Of a stretch of DNA of 64,000 nt, positions 62,390-64,000 are shown piece after piece. Position 1 is the stretch's first letter; each line of letters starts with the position of its first letter. The notes beneath the pieces were generated by a model, which was not told where the DNA came from, did no database searches, and saw nothing but the letters and a program-made list of their open reading frames with translations. The position numbers and the translations under genes were made by a program. The DNA is from Mobula hypostoma (lineage: Eukaryota), in assembly GCF_963921235.1 (NCBI RefSeq), contig NC_086101.1, forward strand, positions 6,326,001 through 6,390,000, read 5' to 3'.

Positions 62390-63250
62390 CAATATTGCCA
62401 GATCTGGGTCTCTTATCTAATAAAAGATGGACTGGCATTTGAAAGAGTCTGGAGGAGATTCACAAGAATGATTCTGGGAATGAATGGGTTAATGTATGAG
62501 AAGCCTTTGAGATAAGAAAAATGAGTGTGGATCTCATTGAAACCGATCAAATACTGAAAGGCCTACACAGAGTGGCTGTGCGGACAGTGTTTCCTGTAGT
62601 GGGAGAGTCTAGGACCAGAAAGCACAGCCTCAGAATAGAAGGATGTCTGTTTAGAACAGGGATGAGGGGGGAATTTCTTTCGCCAGTGGGTAGTGAATTT
62701 GAGGAATTCATTGCCGCAGGTGGTTGTGGAGGCCAAATCTTTCAATGTACTTAAAACGGAGGTTGATAAGTTCCTGATTAGTCAGGACGTCAAAGTTACG
62801 GGGATGTCAATGAGATTGAAGAATGCAGAGGAAATTTACAAGGATGTTACTGGGACTTGAGTTATAGGGAAAGGTAGAATAGATTATACCTGGAGTGTAG
62901 GGGAATGAGGGCAGATTTGACAGAGATATACAAAATGATGAGTGGCCTAGATAGGGTAAATGCATACAGACTTTTCCCTCTGAGGGTGAGACTGACTACA
63001 AACAGACATCCTGGGTTAAGGGTGAATGATAAGGTGTTTAAGGGAAACCTGAGGTGGAACTTCTTCCCTTGGAGGGTCGTGCAAGTATGGAACGAGCTGC
63101 CAGTGGAAGTGGGGTTAATTGCTACATTGAAGAGAAGTTTGGATAGGAACATGGATGGGAGGGGAATGGTGGCTACGGTCCAGGTGCAGGTCGATAGCAT
63201 GGATTTAGGTGGGCTGAAGGGCCTGGTTCTGTGCTCTAGTGTTCTATGGT
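62390..63250 (+). mobile_element. Two old CR1 3' fragments
   Basis: DLIET..ILKGL..V and DLTEIYKMMSGLDRV motifs. Confidence 0.75.
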
Positions 63251-64000
63251 TTTAAGAATTAATTCCTGAATGTTTTATGTGTTTTCTTTATCCCTCTGTT
63301 CTGAAGTGCAAGGGAAACACTCTGATCTCATTAGATACTGCAGGAGTAATCTGGATCTGAAATCCCGAGGGATTTCGCATAAGGTGAGCTTCTCATCTCC
63401 GCAGATACCAGAAACTACTAGACAACAAAACGCAGTTTTCAAATCACTACACCGTGTATGACAAACTAGAAACAACAAGCTCGTGTGTTAGCATGATGGA
63501 AATTCTTGATAAAACGCAGAACACTGAAATCACAACCTGGACCATAGCCCTGCTAGTATCATCCATTGCTGACACCACACAAACCATATATTCAGCCCTC
63601 TAACCTGGCATCAGCTGGGGCAAGAATTAAAACGACTCCTTTGCCCCTCTGGTAGAAGAATAACCTTCTACTATTTACTTATTTACACCCGAACAGCGTA
63701 AACTAATGAGGACTCCAGTAAGAGATTATCTCACTTGGAAAGTGGGAGGGCAATCAGTTTAAACTCACTAGGTTAATGCAGCAGTTAAGATGGGGAATGG
63801 GAAAATTGTCAGGATACTGGACTGTCATAATAATTAAAATCCAGTGTAAATTCTGGGTTCTCCATCACAACAAGCTGACAGTGAACTGATTTCATCAAAT
63901 CTAATGTCACAAAGGTAAATCACGACTAAGGTCTCAGCAGATTACTGAATTTGTTACAGATGAGGTAATATTCTGATCGATTAATAGACAGACTCCATGG

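Overview
Eukaryotic, repeat-dense vertebrate DNA. The repeat content (several CR1 LINE subfamilies, Penelope-like elements, Rex1/Babar, Tx1, Tc1, hAT, tRNA-SINEs) and the TRIM style point to a cartilaginous fish, probably a ray; this is inference. The window holds a birth-and-death cluster of three paralogous RING/B-box/coiled-coil/B30.2 (PRY-SPRY) TRIM genes of the TRIM27/TRIM39/A33-like class. TRIM-B (minus, 42696->29266) is intact: six exons of 411/96/234/23/116/533 nt, 470 aa. TRIM-A (minus, 21643->7282) has all its lesions in exon 1 and the proximal promoter, while exons 2-6 remain open with intact splice sites. TRIM-C (plus, 44626->~51705) lies head-to-head with B and is a decayed pseudogene. 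Main observations: (1) an IRF/ISRE element is kept in B and C but deleted in A; (2) B30.2 loops differ strongly between A and B next to a ~94% identical 3' flank, suggesting gene conversion, and B-to-A read-through splicing is possible; (3) Penelope ends carry minimal hammerhead ribozymes, one of which seeded a 34 x 35-bp minisatellite; (4) a cryptic decayed Ig V+C2 (CD2/SLAM-like) gene lies upstream of TRIM-A; (5) a 1.35-kb polypyrimidine tract abuts a CpG island that appears to start an unidentified plus-strand gene. All alignments and counts were done by eye; no searches were run.
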